A stretch of 63,136 nucleotides of DNA, the filler included, from Octopus bimaculoides (Eukaryota), in the NCBI RefSeq assembly GCF_001194135.2. It is 5 parts of 5 records of this genome, joined end to end, with 100 filler letters (N's around TTAATTAATTAA, not from the genome) between each part and the next. Parts side by side here need not be neighbours in the genome. Positions count along the whole stretch, not along the records: positions 35,664 to 46,187 come from NC_069008.1; positions 46,288 to 53,460 come from NC_068995.1; 3 more parts are not named here. One strand, written 5' to 3'. A program made the position numbers and the translations under genes. Shown here piece by piece: positions 35,861-49,990 of this stretch (positions are counted from its first letter, which is position 1; each line of letters starts with the position of its first letter). The notes beneath the pieces were generated by a model. That model was not told where the DNA came from and ran no database searches. It worked only from the letters and a program-made list of their open reading frames with translations.

Positions 35861-36047
35861 GTAAGTTTTAAACAATGAAAATATTTTTAATTCTGTAGAC
35901 GTTGGCTTTTTGGCGCGTCGATTCTTTGTCTTTTATATGTTGATGTCCTTGATTTGTGCGTGATTTGGCTGCTATTTTTAGCTATGGAATGCAGATGTCC
36001 TTGATTTGTGCGGAATTTTACCCGAATAGAGAGGGATTGGTAATTTT

Positions 36048-36135
36048 TCAGATGAACACCTACACGATCTTCACTAGGGTGTTAGGGACGGAATTCCCTA
36101 ACACCTCAGTGAAGATCGTGCGGGTGTTCATCTGA
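36048..36135 (+). repeat. ~88-nt stem-loop in the candidate first intron of ZNF unit 1 (paralogue at 39209-39274)
   Basis: tcagatgaacacctacacgatcttcactagggtgttaggga pairs with tccctaacacctcagtgaagatcgtgcgggtgttcatctga. Confidence 0.8.
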
Positions 36136-36937
36136 TTAATTACCTAGGGATTATTTCGAATTTAATATCCATGAAAATCTGATTTCCACTCGCTTTTACG
36201 ACACTGAACACCTTGACAATTCGGCGGACTTGGCGCACAGTCACCCCTACCCCCAAATGGACCTTTCCATTTTATTTTTTTATTTTCGCCGGATTCATGG
36301 TTTCCACAGTTGGATGCCTTTCCTGGTGCCAACCACTTCGTAGTGCACAGATTGCTTTATATGGCACTTCACAGGCATCTTGTTCTTTGTCACATCACCT
36401 AAAAGGTTCAGCATCCTAAGTTAATTAATCAGCCCTTCCTCCCATGTCTTCCTTAGTGTCCCACTTCCATGTGTCCCATCTACTTTGAGAGATCAACACT
36501 TCCTTATGAAGCTGTTGTCATCCAGCTCAGTTGATCTCATTAGAAATGAACTTGTATTGTTTAAGGAACCTCAACATCTTACACTGTTGTTTCTCTCTAA
36601 TTTCAGAACATCAGACAACATTGACATAACAGAAGAAACATCCTCAATATCTACCATGTTTTAAAGACAAAAAGAAAATATTATACAAAAGAGATGTATC
36701 AGATTGTATTTTACAAATCTTTGGAAGAATTCTTGTGAAACATTTCCTCTGGAATAATATTATTAGAAAAATTTCTGAACACCAACTGGAGTGTCAAGAA
36801 GAGGGGTCTGTGTTCTGAAAAAAGTTGAATAAACTTATTTAAGTGTTGCTAAACAAAGGTAACACTGGACAGAGATACAGCAATATATAAAAACAAAAGC
36901 AAGAAAAATATATAAACCGGATTTGAAAAGAAAAGTA

Positions 36938-37960
36938 ATGGAAGAGAGTGAGAAAAGTATACAATTGATTTCCCCTGAATCCATGACAACAGAGATATCA
37001 TATGATTGTGATATCTGTACAAAGTCCTTCCTTCAAAAAAGTGACCTCCTTATGCACAAACGTATTCATACAGGAGAGAGACCATATCATTGTGACATTT
37101 GTGGTAAATCATTCTCTTCCAGTGGTAACTTATCTAGGCACGAACGTACTCATACAGGGGAGAGACCCTATCATTGTGATATCTGTGGTAAATCATTCTC
37201 TCGAAGTAGTCACATTATTGTGCGCAAACGTAGTCATACAGGAGAGAAACCATATTGTGATATCTGTGGTAAACCGTTCTCTCAAAGAATTCTTGTAACT
37301 GAACACAAACGTATTCATGCAGGAGAGAAACCATATCATTGTAATATCTGTGCTAAATCATTCTCTCAAAGTGTTCACTTATCTACACACATACGTATTC
37401 ATACTGGAGAGAAGCCATATAATTGTAATATCTGTGGTTAATCATTCTCTGAAAGTAATGCCGTAACAAAACACAGACGTATTCATTCTCTTCCAGTGGT
37501 AACTTATCTAGGCACGAACGTACTCATACAGGAGAGAAGCCATATCATTGTGATATCTGTGGTAAATCATTCTCTCGAAGTAGTAATGTTACTATGCACA
37601 AACTTATTCATACAGGAGAGAAACCATATCATTGTGGTATCTGTGGTAGATCATTCTCTAATAATGGTATCTTAAATAGACATGAACGTATTCATACAGG
37701 GGAGAAACCATATCATTGTAATATCTGTGGTGAATCGTTTTCTCGTAATTCTACCCTAACTACACATAAACATATTCATACTGGAGAGAAGCCATATCAT
37801 CGTAATGTTTGTAAAAATTCATTTTCTCGTAAGAGTAATCTTTCTTCACACAAATATATTCATACAGGAGAAAAGCCATATCACTGATATTTGTGGTAAA
37901 TCCTTCACTCAAAATAGTAAGTTAACAAAACACAAACATATTCATGCTAAGGAGCAATGA
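36938..37960 (+). pseudogene. C2H2 zinc-finger gene, unit 1, disrupted
   Basis: Tandem CxxC..HxxxH fingers with TGEKPY linkers. Premature TAA at 37439, a deletion/frameshift at ~37486, His>Arg and Cys>Arg changes, and a 2-nt deletion near 37885. Ends HAKEQ* like unit 2. Confidence 0.88.
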
Positions 37961-38773
37961 AAAGGGTAGTTTCTCGTTTCTTATTTGCTATATTTAATTT
38001 TCCTGTGTGTTATGCAATGGATATTATAACTAAAGTATTTCCAAAGAGTTTAGAATTTTTTCTTTTGTTTTTGCAGTTTTGATCTGCTGCTTCTTTGACC
38101 ATTTCATGCATTCCCTTTCCATGGTGTAAGAACCTTTATACCAAAACAACCCTAAACATTATTCTTTGTCGGATATTGCATCCCCGAATTACAGAGTATA
38201 TTTATTGTCTGTTATCTTTTAAATGCTTCACCCATTAACTATATTATACAATAATATTTATTGTATAATATAGTTATAGCTGTTTCATTCCCAGGAATAT
38301 TGTAAAGTTGTCAAATTTGTATATAAACTCCCCCCCCCCCCCCTCAGTACAAAACAGAGGAGCTCACACCAGTAGAATACATATATTTTAATGTCCCACA
38401 AAGACTGATTTCTTTGTTAGTGTCTGAAGAATTGTTTTTTTAAATGAAACTTTGCAGAGGTACATTTTCGAGTGTTCATAAAATTGAGGAAAAATGGTTT
38501 GGAGGAGATTCTGATCATTGTCAACCCCACCCTGCCTTTGTTAATACTAACTTCAGAACCTGGGAAAACCTACCAGCCATTTGATCACTTCTGGGTCTAG
38601 TGACACAATCCAGATTCGCTACATTCTCACCAGAAGGCAGAATAGGCGGATACTTGCGATTGCAAAGTTGTTCTTTGCTAAAAAATGGACTTCACTACAT
38701 AGGTTAATATTCAAATTTCCTCGTTGCCTCCCCTTACTTAAGAAGAGTTATCTCTCTTAAATATTACAGACAC

Positions 38774-38784
38774 GCATGCGCATG
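38774..38784. promoter_or_regulatory. NRF1/Ewg-like motif (GCATGCGCATG) upstream of the first exon of ZNF unit 2
   Basis: Resembles the palindromic GCGCATGCGC-type site, ~170 bp upstream of the conserved donor. Function not shown. Confidence 0.3.
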
Positions 38785-40653
38785 AAACGTACATCCTATT
38801 TAACGTTAACATCCGATTAGAACGTCTCGTACGTGAATTTCTCTGAATCGGTTTCTAATAAGTTTCTAATGCATACAAAACGTATTTATAATTTATTTCT
38901 CAACTACCAGATACACACGTATATATAGCAACTCTATCCTTTACGAAACATTTCCGTAAGTATTAAACAATGAAAATATTTTTAATTCTGTAGACGTTCG
39001 GTTTTTGGCGCGTCGATTCTTTGTCTTTTATATGTTGATGTCCTTGATTTGTGCATGATTTGGCTGCTATTTCTAGCTTTGGAATGCAGATGTCCTTGAT
39101 TTGTGCGTGATTTGGCTGCTATTTCTAGCTATGGAATGCAGATGTTCTTGATTTGTGCGGAATTTTACCCGAATAGAGAAGGAATGGTAATTTTTCAGAT
39201 TAACTCCCGCACGATCTTCACTAGAGTGTTAGGGACAGAATTCCCTAACCCTAACACTCTAGTGAAGATTGTGCATCTCCATCCGCGAACAAAAAAAGAC
39301 CTCAGCCTTGCGGGTGTTGACAAAGTATGTAGAAAACNNNNNNNNNNNNNNNNNNNNNNNNNNNNNNNNNNNNNNNNNNNNNNNNNNNNNNNNNNNNNNN
39401 NNNNNNNNNNNNNNNNNNNNNNNNNNNNNNNNNNNNNNNNNNNNNNNNNNNNNNNNNNNNNNNNNNNNNNNNNNNNNNNNNNNNNNNNNNNNNNNNNNNN
39501 NNNNNNNNNNNNNNNNNNNNNNNNNNNNNNNNNNNNNNNNNNNNNNNNNNNNNNNNNNNNNNNNNNNNNNNNNNNNNNNNNNNNNNNNNNNNNNNNNNNN
39601 NNNNNNNNNNNNNNNNNNNNNNNNNNNNNNNNNNNNNNNNNNNNNNNNNNNNNNNNNNNNNNNNNNNNNNNNNNNNNNNNNNNNNNNNNNNNNNNNNNNN
39701 NNNNNNNNNNNNNNNNNNNNNNNNNNNNNNNNNNNNNNNNNNNNNNNNNNNNNNNNNNNNNNNNNNNNNNNNNNNNNNNNNNNNNNNNNNNNNNNNNNNN
39801 NNNNNNNNNNNNNNNNNNNNNNNNNNNNNNNNNNNNNNNNNNNNNNNNNNNNNNNNNNNNNNNNNNNNNNNNNNNNNNNNNNNNNNNNNNNNNNNNNNNN
39901 NNNNNNNNNNNNNNNNNNNNNNNNNNNNNNNNNNNNNNNNNNNNNNNNNNNNNNNNNNNNNNNNNNNNNNNNNNNNNNNNNNNNNNNNNNNNNNNNNNNN
40001 NNNNNNNNNNNNNNNNNNNNNNNNNNNNNNNNNNNNNNNNNNNNNNNNNNNNNNNNNNNNNNNNNNNNNNNNNNNNNNNNNNNNNNNNNNNNNNNNNNNN
40101 NNNNNNNNNNNNNNNNNNNNNNCCTTCCTCCCATGTCTTCCTGGGTGTCCCACTTCCATGTGTCCCATCTACTTTGAGAGATCAACACTTCCTTATGAAG
40201 CTGTTGTCATCCAGCTCAGTTGATCTCATTAGAAATGAATTTGTATTGTTTAAGGAACCTCAACATTTTACACTGTTGTTTCTCTCTAATTTCAGAACAT
40301 CAGACAACATTGACATAACAGAAGAAACATCCTCAATATCTACCAAGTTTTAAAGACTAAAAGAAAATATCATACAAAAAAGATGCCTAAGATTGTTTTA
40401 TACAAATCTTTGGAAGAATTCTTGTGAAACATTTCCTCTGAAATAATATTATAAACAAAATTTCTAAACATGAGCGACTGGAGTATCAAAAAGAGGGTGC
40501 CTGTGTTCTGAATAAAGTTGGATAAATTTATTTAAGTGTTGCTAAACAAAGGTAACACTGGTCAGAAATACAACAGTAGAAGTGTATGTCAGGAATAAAG
40601 TATAAAAACAAAAGCATTAAAAATATTTAAGTAGGGATTTGAGAGGAAAAGTA

Positions 40654-41964
40654 ATGGAAAAGAGTGAGAAAAGTATACAACTGATTTCCCCTGAACCCAT
40701 GACAAAAGAGATGATAGCATATGAATGTGATATCTGTACAAAGTCCTTCCTTCAAAAAAGTGACCTACTTATGCACAAACGTATTCACAAAGGAGAGAAA
40801 CTATATTGTTGTGACATTTGTCGTAAATCATTCTCTTGCAGTAGTAAGTTATCTACACACAAACGTATTCATACAGGAGAGAAACCGTATCATTGTGATG
40901 TCTGTGGTAAATCATTCTCTGGAAGTAGTAACTTATCTATGCACAAACGTATTCATACAGGAGAGAAACTTTTTCATTGTGACATTTGTAGTAAATCATT
41001 CTCTTGCAGTAGTAACTTATCTACACACAAACGTACTCATACAGGGGAGAAACCCTATCATTGTGATATCTGTGGTAAATCATTCTCTCGAAGTAGTCAC
41101 ATTACTGTGCACAAACGTATTCATACAGGAGAGAAACCATATAATTGTGATATCTGCGGTAAATCGTTCTCTCAAATAAATCATGTAACTGAACACAAAC
41201 GTATTCATGCAGGAGAGAAACCATATCATTGTAATATCTGTGGTAAATCATTCTCTCAAAGTATTCACTTATATACACACATACGTATTCATACTGGAGA
41301 AAAGCCATATAATTGTGATATCTGTGGTAAATCATTCTCTGAAAGTTATGCTTTAACAAAACACAGACGTATTCATACAGGAGAGAAGCCATATCACTGT
41401 GATATTTGCAGTAAACGATTTTCTAGTAAAAGATCCTTAACATCACACACTCATACTCAAACATATTGTGACATTTGTGGTAAAACATTCTCTTGCAGTA
41501 GTAAGTTATCTACACACAAACATATTCATACAGGAGAGAAACCATATCATTGTGATATCTGTGGTAAATCATTCTCTCAAAGTTATACCTTAAAGAGACA
41601 CCACTGTATTCATACAGGAGAAAAACCGTATCACTGTGATATCTGTGGTAAATCATTCTCTCACAGTATTCACTTAACTGCACATATACGTATTCATACA
41701 GGAGAGAAGCCATATCACTGTGATATCTGTGGTAAATCATTTACTAGTAATAGTTCCTTAAATGTACACACACGTATTCATACAGGGGAGATGCCATATC
41801 ATTGTAATATCTGCGGTGAATCTTTCTCTCGTAATAATACCCTAACTACACATAAACATATTCATTCAGGAGAAAAGCCATATCACTGTGATATTTGTGG
41901 TAAATCCTTCACTCAAAATAGTAAGTTAATAAACCACAAACATATTCATGCTAAGGAGCAATGA
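40654..41964 (+). CDS. Intact C2H2 zinc-finger protein, unit 2: 436 aa, 15 fingers (finger 9 degenerate), short N-terminal leader, no KRAB/SCAN/ZAD/BTB domain
   Basis: Single-exon ORF from ATG 40654 (the ORF track starts at the upstream TTG). TGEKPY linkers throughout. Confidence 0.95.
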   Translation: MEKSEKSIQLISPEPMTKEMIAYECDICTKSFLQKSDLLMHKRIHKGEKLYCCDICRKSFSCSSKLSTHKRIHTGEKPYHCDVCGKSFSGSSNLSMHKRIHTGEKLFHCDICSKSFSCSSNLSTHKRTHTGEKPYHCDICGKSFSRSSHITVHKRIHTGEKPYNCDICGKSFSQINHVTEHKRIHAGEKPYHCNICGKSFSQSIHLYTHIRIHTGEKPYNCDICGKSFSESYALTKHRRIHTGEKPYHCDICSKRFSSKRSLTSHTHTQTYCDICGKTFSCSSKLSTHKHIHTGEKPYHCDICGKSFSQSYTLKRHHCIHTGEKPYHCDICGKSFSHSIHLTAHIRIHTGEKPYHCDICGKSFTSNSSLNVHTRIHTGEMPYHCNICGESFSRNNTLTTHKHIHSGEKPYHCDICGKSFTQNSKLINHKHIHAKEQ

Positions 41965-43029
41965 AAAGGGTAGTTTCTCGTTTTTTATTTGCTATATGTA
42001 ATTTTCCTGTGTGTTATGCAATGGAAATTATAACAAAAGTATTTCCAAAGAGTTTAGAATTTTTTCTTTTGTTTTTGCAGTTTTGATCTGCTGCTTCTTT
42101 GACCATTCATGCATTCCCTTTCCATTGTGTAAGGACCTCTATACCAAAATTTGTCCTCTTGACAACCCTGCACGTTGTTCTTTATTAGATACTGCATCCA
42201 CAAATTTCTGTGAATTTATTGCTTATAATCTTTTAAATGCTTCACTAATTAAATATATTATACAGTCACATAAGATGTGACTGTTTCGTACCCAGGAATA
42301 TTATAAAGTTTTCAAATGTGTACATAAACAATGACCTCAGGTACAAAACAGAAGAAACCACAAAGGAAGAATATGAGGCATAAGTATAGTTTAGTGCCCC
42401 ACAACAGACTGATTCCTTGTTAGTGTCTGAAGAATAGTTTCTTTAAATGAAACTTTGCAGAGATACAATTTCGAGTGACCAGATTGATGATTTTCCTAAA
42501 ATTGAGGAAAAAAGGTTTGGAGGAGATTCTGATCACTCTCAACCCCACCCTGCCTTTGTTAATACTAACTTCAGAACCTGGGAAAACCTACCAGCCATTT
42601 GATCACTTATGGGTCTAGAGACACAATCCAGATTCGCTACATTCTCAACAGAAAGCAGAATAGGCGGATACTTGCGATTGCAAAGTTGTTCTTTGGTAAA
42701 GAATGGACTTCACTACATAGGTTAGCAGTTATTGGCTTGAGACGGACAATGAGAAAGTCAGAGATTTGAACCAATCTGTAAAAGAAGCTCATGGATGCTT
42801 CAGATGGTTGGAAATTTAGAAATGTACTAATTANNNNNNNNNNNNNNNNNNNNNNNNNNNNNNNNNNNNNNNNNNNNNNNNNNNNNNNNNNNNNNNNNNN
42901 NNNNNNNNNNNNNNNNNNNNNNNNNNNNNNNNNCTAATGCTAGTGTCCACTATTCTGTTGTTTTATTTTTAAACTGTTACACATTGTGAAGGTGTCAGTT
43001 TAGATTACAAATATTTCAGCTTCACACAA

Positions 43030-43400
43030 GATTCTGTGTTGTAAATTTTGATAGGTAAGTTCATCTTCAGCTTTTAACGTCCATTGTCTATGTTGGCATG
43101 GTTGGATGGTCTGAGCAGAGCTGGGAAGCTCCCGCAGACTCCAGTTTGATTCCTCATGGTTTCTACAGTTGGATGCCCTTCCTAATGCCAACCACTTCAC
43201 AGTGCACAGGGTTCTTTATATGGCACTTCACAGGCACTTTTACGTGGCACCACACAGTTGCTTTAACATGGTGGCACTTTTCTATGGCACTGCATGTCTG
43301 CTTTTATGTGGAGCAGTCACAAGTGCTTTTTGCCACCAGAGGGATGAGTGTGAATACTTACGCTGTGGAGTACGGGTCTTCTTGAGTAAAGTGAGGTGTC
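43030..43400 (-). mobile_element. Interspersed repeat (SINE-like; gtttctacagttggatgcccttcctaatgccaacc core); a shorter copy lies at ~36280-36380
   Basis: Shared by the upstream regions of ZNF units 1 and 3. Confidence 0.55.
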
Positions 43401-43970
43401 AGACATCTTGTTCTTTGTCACATCACCTGAAAGTTTCAGCATCCTAAGTTAATTCATCAGCCCTTCCTCCCATGTCTTCTTGGGTGTCCCACTTCCATGT
43501 GTCCCATGTACTTTGAGAGATCAACACTTCCTTATGAAGCTGTTGTCATCCAGCTCAGTTGATCTCATTAGAAATGAAGTTGTATTGTTTAAGTAATCTC
43601 AATATTTCACACTGTTGTTTCTCTCTAATTTCAGAACATCAGACAACATTGACATAACAGAAGAAACATCCTCAATATCTACCATGTTTTAAAAACTAAA
43701 AGAAAATATTATACAAAAAAGATGTACCAGATTGTTTTTTACAAATCTTTGGCAGAATTCATGTGAAACATTTCCTCTGAAATAATATTATAAGCAAAAT
43801 TTCTGAACATCACCAACTGGAGTGTCAAGAAGAGTAGCTTGTGTGTTGATTAAATTTGCTAAACAAAGATAACACTGGACAGAAGTACAACAGTAGAAGT
43901 GCATGTAAGGAATAAAGTATAAAAACAAAAGCAATAAAAATATATAAACTGGGATTTGAGAGGAAAAATA

Positions 43971-44316
43971 GTGGAAAAGAATGAGAAAAGTATACGATTG
44001 ATTTACCCTGAACCCATGACAAAAGAGATGGGATCATTCGAATGTGATATCTGTACAAAGTTCTTCCTTCAAAAAAGTGACCTACTTAGGCACAAACGTA
44101 TTCATACAGGAAAGAAACCCTGTCGTTGTGATGTCTGTGGTAAATCATTCTCTTGCAGTAGTAAGTTATCTGCACTCAAACGTTCTCATACAGGGGAGAG
44201 ACCCTATCATTGTGATATCTCTGTTAAATCATTCTCTCAAAGAGGTCGCATTACTGTGCACAAACATATTCATGCAGGAGAGAAACCATTTAATTGTGAT
44301 ATCTGTGGTAAATCAT
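43971..44316 (+). pseudogene. C2H2 zinc-finger gene, unit 3, degenerate; 3' part lost in a 100-N gap
   Basis: The paralogous start ATG is GTG here. Zinc ligands are lost in two fingers (ALKRSH, CDISVK). Confidence 0.7.
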
Positions 44317-45023
44317 NNNNNNNNNNNNNNNNNNNNNNNNNNNNNNNNNNNNNNNNNNNNNNNNNNNNNNNNNNNNNNNNNNNNNNNNNNNNNNNNNNNN
44401 NNNNNNNNNNNNNNNNGACTGTTTCGTACCCAGGAATATTGTAAAGTTGTCAAATGTGTACATAAACAATGACCTCAAGTACAAAACAGAAGAGACCACA
44501 AAGGAAGAACATGAGGCATAAGTATAGTTTAGTGCCCCACAGCACTGATTCCTTGTTAGTGTCTGAAGAATCGTTTCTTTAAACGAAACTTTGCAGAGAT
44601 ACATTTTCAAGTGTTCATGAAATTGAGGAAAAAAGGTTTGGAGGAGATTCTGATCACTCTCAACCCCACCCTGTCTTTGTTAATACTAACTTCAGAACCT
44701 GGGAAAACCTACCAGCCATTTGATCACTTATGGGTCTAGTGACACAATCCAGATTCGCTACATTCTCACTAGAAAGCAGAATAGGCGGATACTTGTGAAA
44801 CATTTTCTCTGAAATAATATTATTTGTTAAATTTCTGAACATGAGCGACTGGAGTATCATAAAGTGGGCCCTATGTTCTGAATAGAGTTGGATGAATTTA
44901 TTCAAGTTTTGTGAAACAAAGGTAACATTAGACAGAAATACAACAGTACAAGTGCATGTAAGGAATAAAGTATAAAAACAAAAGCAAGAAAAATATATAA
45001 ACTGGGATTTGAGAGGAAAAATA

Positions 45024-46180
<1,157 letters not shown>

Positions 46181-46718
46181 AAAGGGTNNNNNNNNNNNNN
46201 NNNNNNNNNNNNNNNNNNNNNNNNNNNNNNNTTAATTAATTAANNNNNNNNNNNNNNNNNNNNNNNNNNNNNNNNNNNNNNNNNNNNATATATATATGTA
46301 CATCTATATATATTTATACATATATGTATACGTACACTTGTGCACATACGTATATATATATATATATGTGTGTGTGCATACGTGTACTTATCTGCACAGT
46401 CACACACACACACACACGTGTGTGTGTGTGTGTGTGTTTGTTTGTACATATGAATGTAAGTATGTATGTATGCGTGAGTATATGAAAAGCATGTATGCTT
46501 GTCCATATGTATATAATATTTGTATTTTAAGAGGGTTCATTAGAAAACTATCTGTCTTTTAAGTGAAAATAACACGAGGGAGAAGATTAGGTTTCATTAG
46601 TAAAACACGGTTCTCTTTTGATGCTTTTCAGCGTTTACTTCAGCAATAACAACATCTGCACCATTATATGTTGTCATCATTCTCAACCTTCAAATTACGT
46701 TATTTACATCCAGCTTAC

Positions 46719-46761
<43 letters not shown>

Positions 46762-47994
46762 GGTGTTGTTTTTGTTGTTAATACTGTTATCATTTTTGTT
46801 ATTGTTGTTGTAGTTATTGTTGTTATAGTTGTTGCTGGTATTGCTTTATTTACTGCAGCCGCATGCGTATTCACAAAGCTCTGTTTACAAGTTATTCTCT
46901 TCCAATATTGTCTTACGAAAAATAGTTCTTTTATTTATTTTTTCCCTTGCTCTTTTTTTTTTTTTTCTTTTCTCGGTCTTTTTTGCCAACAAAGCATTTC
47001 GAAATATTTTTACATCCATCCCATTACCCAGTAGGAGAAGAAAGATTATCTTTTTGGCATTTTTATTATATATCTATATTATTACAAACACCCATTTTAT
47101 ACCTGTTGGGTAATAATCATATTTGTGGGTAGTAACCTCAAACGCTACCAAAACGTCTGAAACCCCTACGAACATATTTACAACGACAATATAAACAAAA
47201 TCATGACAATTAATTATAGTTTAAACACACAATTTGACGATCAAAAGCACAAATTTATATGACATTAACACAAGCACTGCCGAAATGAGCTCATCTTTTC
47301 TTAGGAAAACATTAGGCATCAGTCGTCTTGAGAAAATGCAAAGTGTGTGGTAGGGATGTGTCACAAAAGAGAGTGCCTCGTTACTCGAGTTTTCAAGGGA
47401 TTGGTCGAAGATAAGTGACATAGCTGCTTATCAAAAAGGAAGGGAACTTCCGTATCCACTCAGCATGAGAGCTGCGGAATCTCTGCCTGATGTATAACAA
47501 GGTGTGTGACAGGTGTGTATTTCATCAATCGCAATTGAGCATATGCAGAATTTGTATCTTAAAAAGACAGGGACAGGTGTATAAAACAGTGCGTGTAGAC
47601 GCATCAAACACCTATTCATAATACAAAGAGTAAACAAATAAGATGATCAAAACTAGACATATTGTTACTTACATTGACATATGTCTTGTTAATCATTTGC
47701 AGTAGCAAGGAGAGATGTTGAAGGAAAGTTGGCATGCAATGAGAGTATCTATCCATGGACATTCATTTGTAGTTAACTCTTGAAAACCACAATGCTATTC
47801 CGGAGTTGAATTTCAATGTGGGGATGGAAATGATGTCTAACAGACTGGTGATGTAAGGCAGAAGGTAGTTGCTGCACGTGTTGCATTAAAAGAAAACATT
47901 TGAATTTTATTGCTTGTGAGGAAATTCCAATGCTTGTTAGAATGCAGAGTAGCAGTAATGGATATGTTTCGGAATTATTAGATCTCCTCAGCGA

Positions 47995-48165
47995 TAAACT
48001 CTCTCTTTCCTCTTACTCTTTTACTTGTTGTGTGTGCTGGAGTACCGCCTTTAGTCGAGCAAATCGACGCCGGGACTTATTCTATCGGTCTATTTTGCCG
48101 AACCACTAAGTTACGGGTAAGTAAACACACCAGCATCGCTTGTCAAGCGATAATGGGAGGACAAA

Positions 48166-48197
<32 letters not shown>
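47995..48197 (-). mobile_element. SINE family B, 3' half
   Basis: Reverse complement of ...ttagcggttcggcaaaa...cgactaaaggcggt...gagtaaa. Confidence 0.8.
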
Positions 48198-49228
48198 NNN
48201 NNNNNNNNNNNNNNNNNNNNNNNNNNNNNNNNNNNNNNNNNNNNNNNNNNNNNNNNNNNNNNNNNNNNNNNNNNNNNNNNNNNNNNNNNNNNNNNNNNNN
48301 NNNNNNNNNNNNNNNNNNNNNNNNNNNNNNNNNNNNNNNNNNNNNNNNNNNNNNNNNNNNNNNNNNNNNNNNNNNNNNNNNNNNNNNNNNNNNNNNNNNN
48401 NNNNNNNNNNNNNNNNNNNNNNNNNNNNNNNNNNNNNNNNNNNNNNNNNNNNNNNNNNNNNNNNNNNNNNNNNNNNNNNNNNNNNNNNNNNNNNNNNNNN
48501 NNNNNNNNNNNNNNNNNNNNNNNNNNNNNNNNNNNNNNNNNNNNNNNNNNNNNNNNNNNNNNNNNNNNNNNNNNNNNNNNNNNNNNNNNNNNNNNNNNNN
48601 NNNNNNNNNNNNNNNNNNNNNNNNNNNNNNNNNNNNNNNNNNNNNNNNNNNNNNNNNNNNNNNNNNNNNNNNNNNNNNNNNNNNNNNNNNNNNNNNNNNN
48701 NNNNNNNNNNNNNNNNNNNNNNNNNNNNNNNNNNNNNNNNNNNNNNNNNNNNNNNNNNNNNNNNNNNNNNNNNNNNNNNNNNNNNNNNNNNNNNNNNNNN
48801 NNNNNNNNNNNNNNNNNNNNNNNNNNNNNNNNNNNNNNNNNNNNNNNNNNNNNNNNNNNNNNNNNNNNNNNNNNNNNNNNNNNNNNNNNNNNNNNNNNNN
48901 NNNNNNNNNNNNNNNNNNNNNNNNNNNNNNNNNNNNNNNNNNNNNNNNNNNNNNNNNNNNNNNNNNNNNNNNNNNNNNNNNNNNNNNNNNNNNNNNNNNN
49001 NNNNNNNNNNNNNNNNNNNNNNNNNNNNNNNNNNNNNNNNNNNNNNNNNNNNNNNNNNNNNNNNNNNNNNNNNNNNNNNNNNNNNNNNNNNNNNNNNNNN
49101 NNNNNNNNNNNNNNNNNNNNNNNNNNNNNNNNNNNNNNNNNNNNNNNNNNNNNNNNNNNNNNNNNNNNNNNNNNNNNNNNNNNNNNNNNNNNNNNCTCTC
49201 TCTCTTTCTTATCTCCTTTCTCTCACCC

Positions 49229-49274
<46 letters not shown>

Positions 49275-49829
49275 AGCTTATGCCAACATTTGCATCAGGT
49301 TCTCATTAATAATACCGACAGTCATGAACTCCAGATGTGGGAAGACAGGGTATCTTCTATGAAGGATTCTTCGTAGAGTCCAAGGTTTTTAAACTTTTCT
49401 ATTGTTTTGCTAATTTTTTTTTTATTGTCCCCTAATATTTCCTTACCCTCACCATGCGCCATAACACTCACAATGCCACAAAACGCCCGAATGAAACTTC
49501 TGCTCGGAGTCTCAGGTTGTGTTTACGTGAGATGACCCTCTTGAATTTTTAGTGTCTCACCTCTTCAGCCACCAGTGTTGTCAGCACTAAGGTCGAGAGA
49601 ATTACACTTGCATTGATTTCAGCATCGATTAGTCTTGAATCCGAGTTATGACCGAGCAGATTAATGATTAAAAGCATTCCAGCCATCCGTTACCACACTA
49701 TTTTTAGTTCAGAGAATAGTTCATCTAGGACTACATTATCCAATGTGTCCTTCCTTTCTTCCATATAGTTATGTGTGAACATAGAATTTTTCTCACAAAT
49801 TACTGGTTAATATTATAAAATTATACCAC

Positions 49830-49990
49830 GCCAAGAAAAATACTTAGCGGCATTTCGTTCGTATTTACGTTCTGCGTTCAAATGCCACCGGGATTAACGC
49901 TGCCTTTTGTCCTTTCGGGGTTGATAAAGTAAGTACCAACTTACTCCCCAAACCCTGAACTTGCGGGCCTTGTGCCAAAATTTGAAATCA
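49830..49990 (+). mobile_element. Degenerate SINE family A
   Basis: cttagcggcatttcg...gttctg.gttcaaat...ggggttgataa. Confidence 0.7.

Noticed and set aside
40700-41960. Regular 84-bp repeats resembling a CRISPR or satellite array
   Set aside because: They are in-frame zinc-finger codons in a eukaryotic context, with no cas genes and no repeat-spacer structure.
46618-47113. Hydrophobic ORF resembling a membrane protein, with an Asn-rich antisense frame
   Set aside because: Produced by (ATT)n and (GTT)n repeats.
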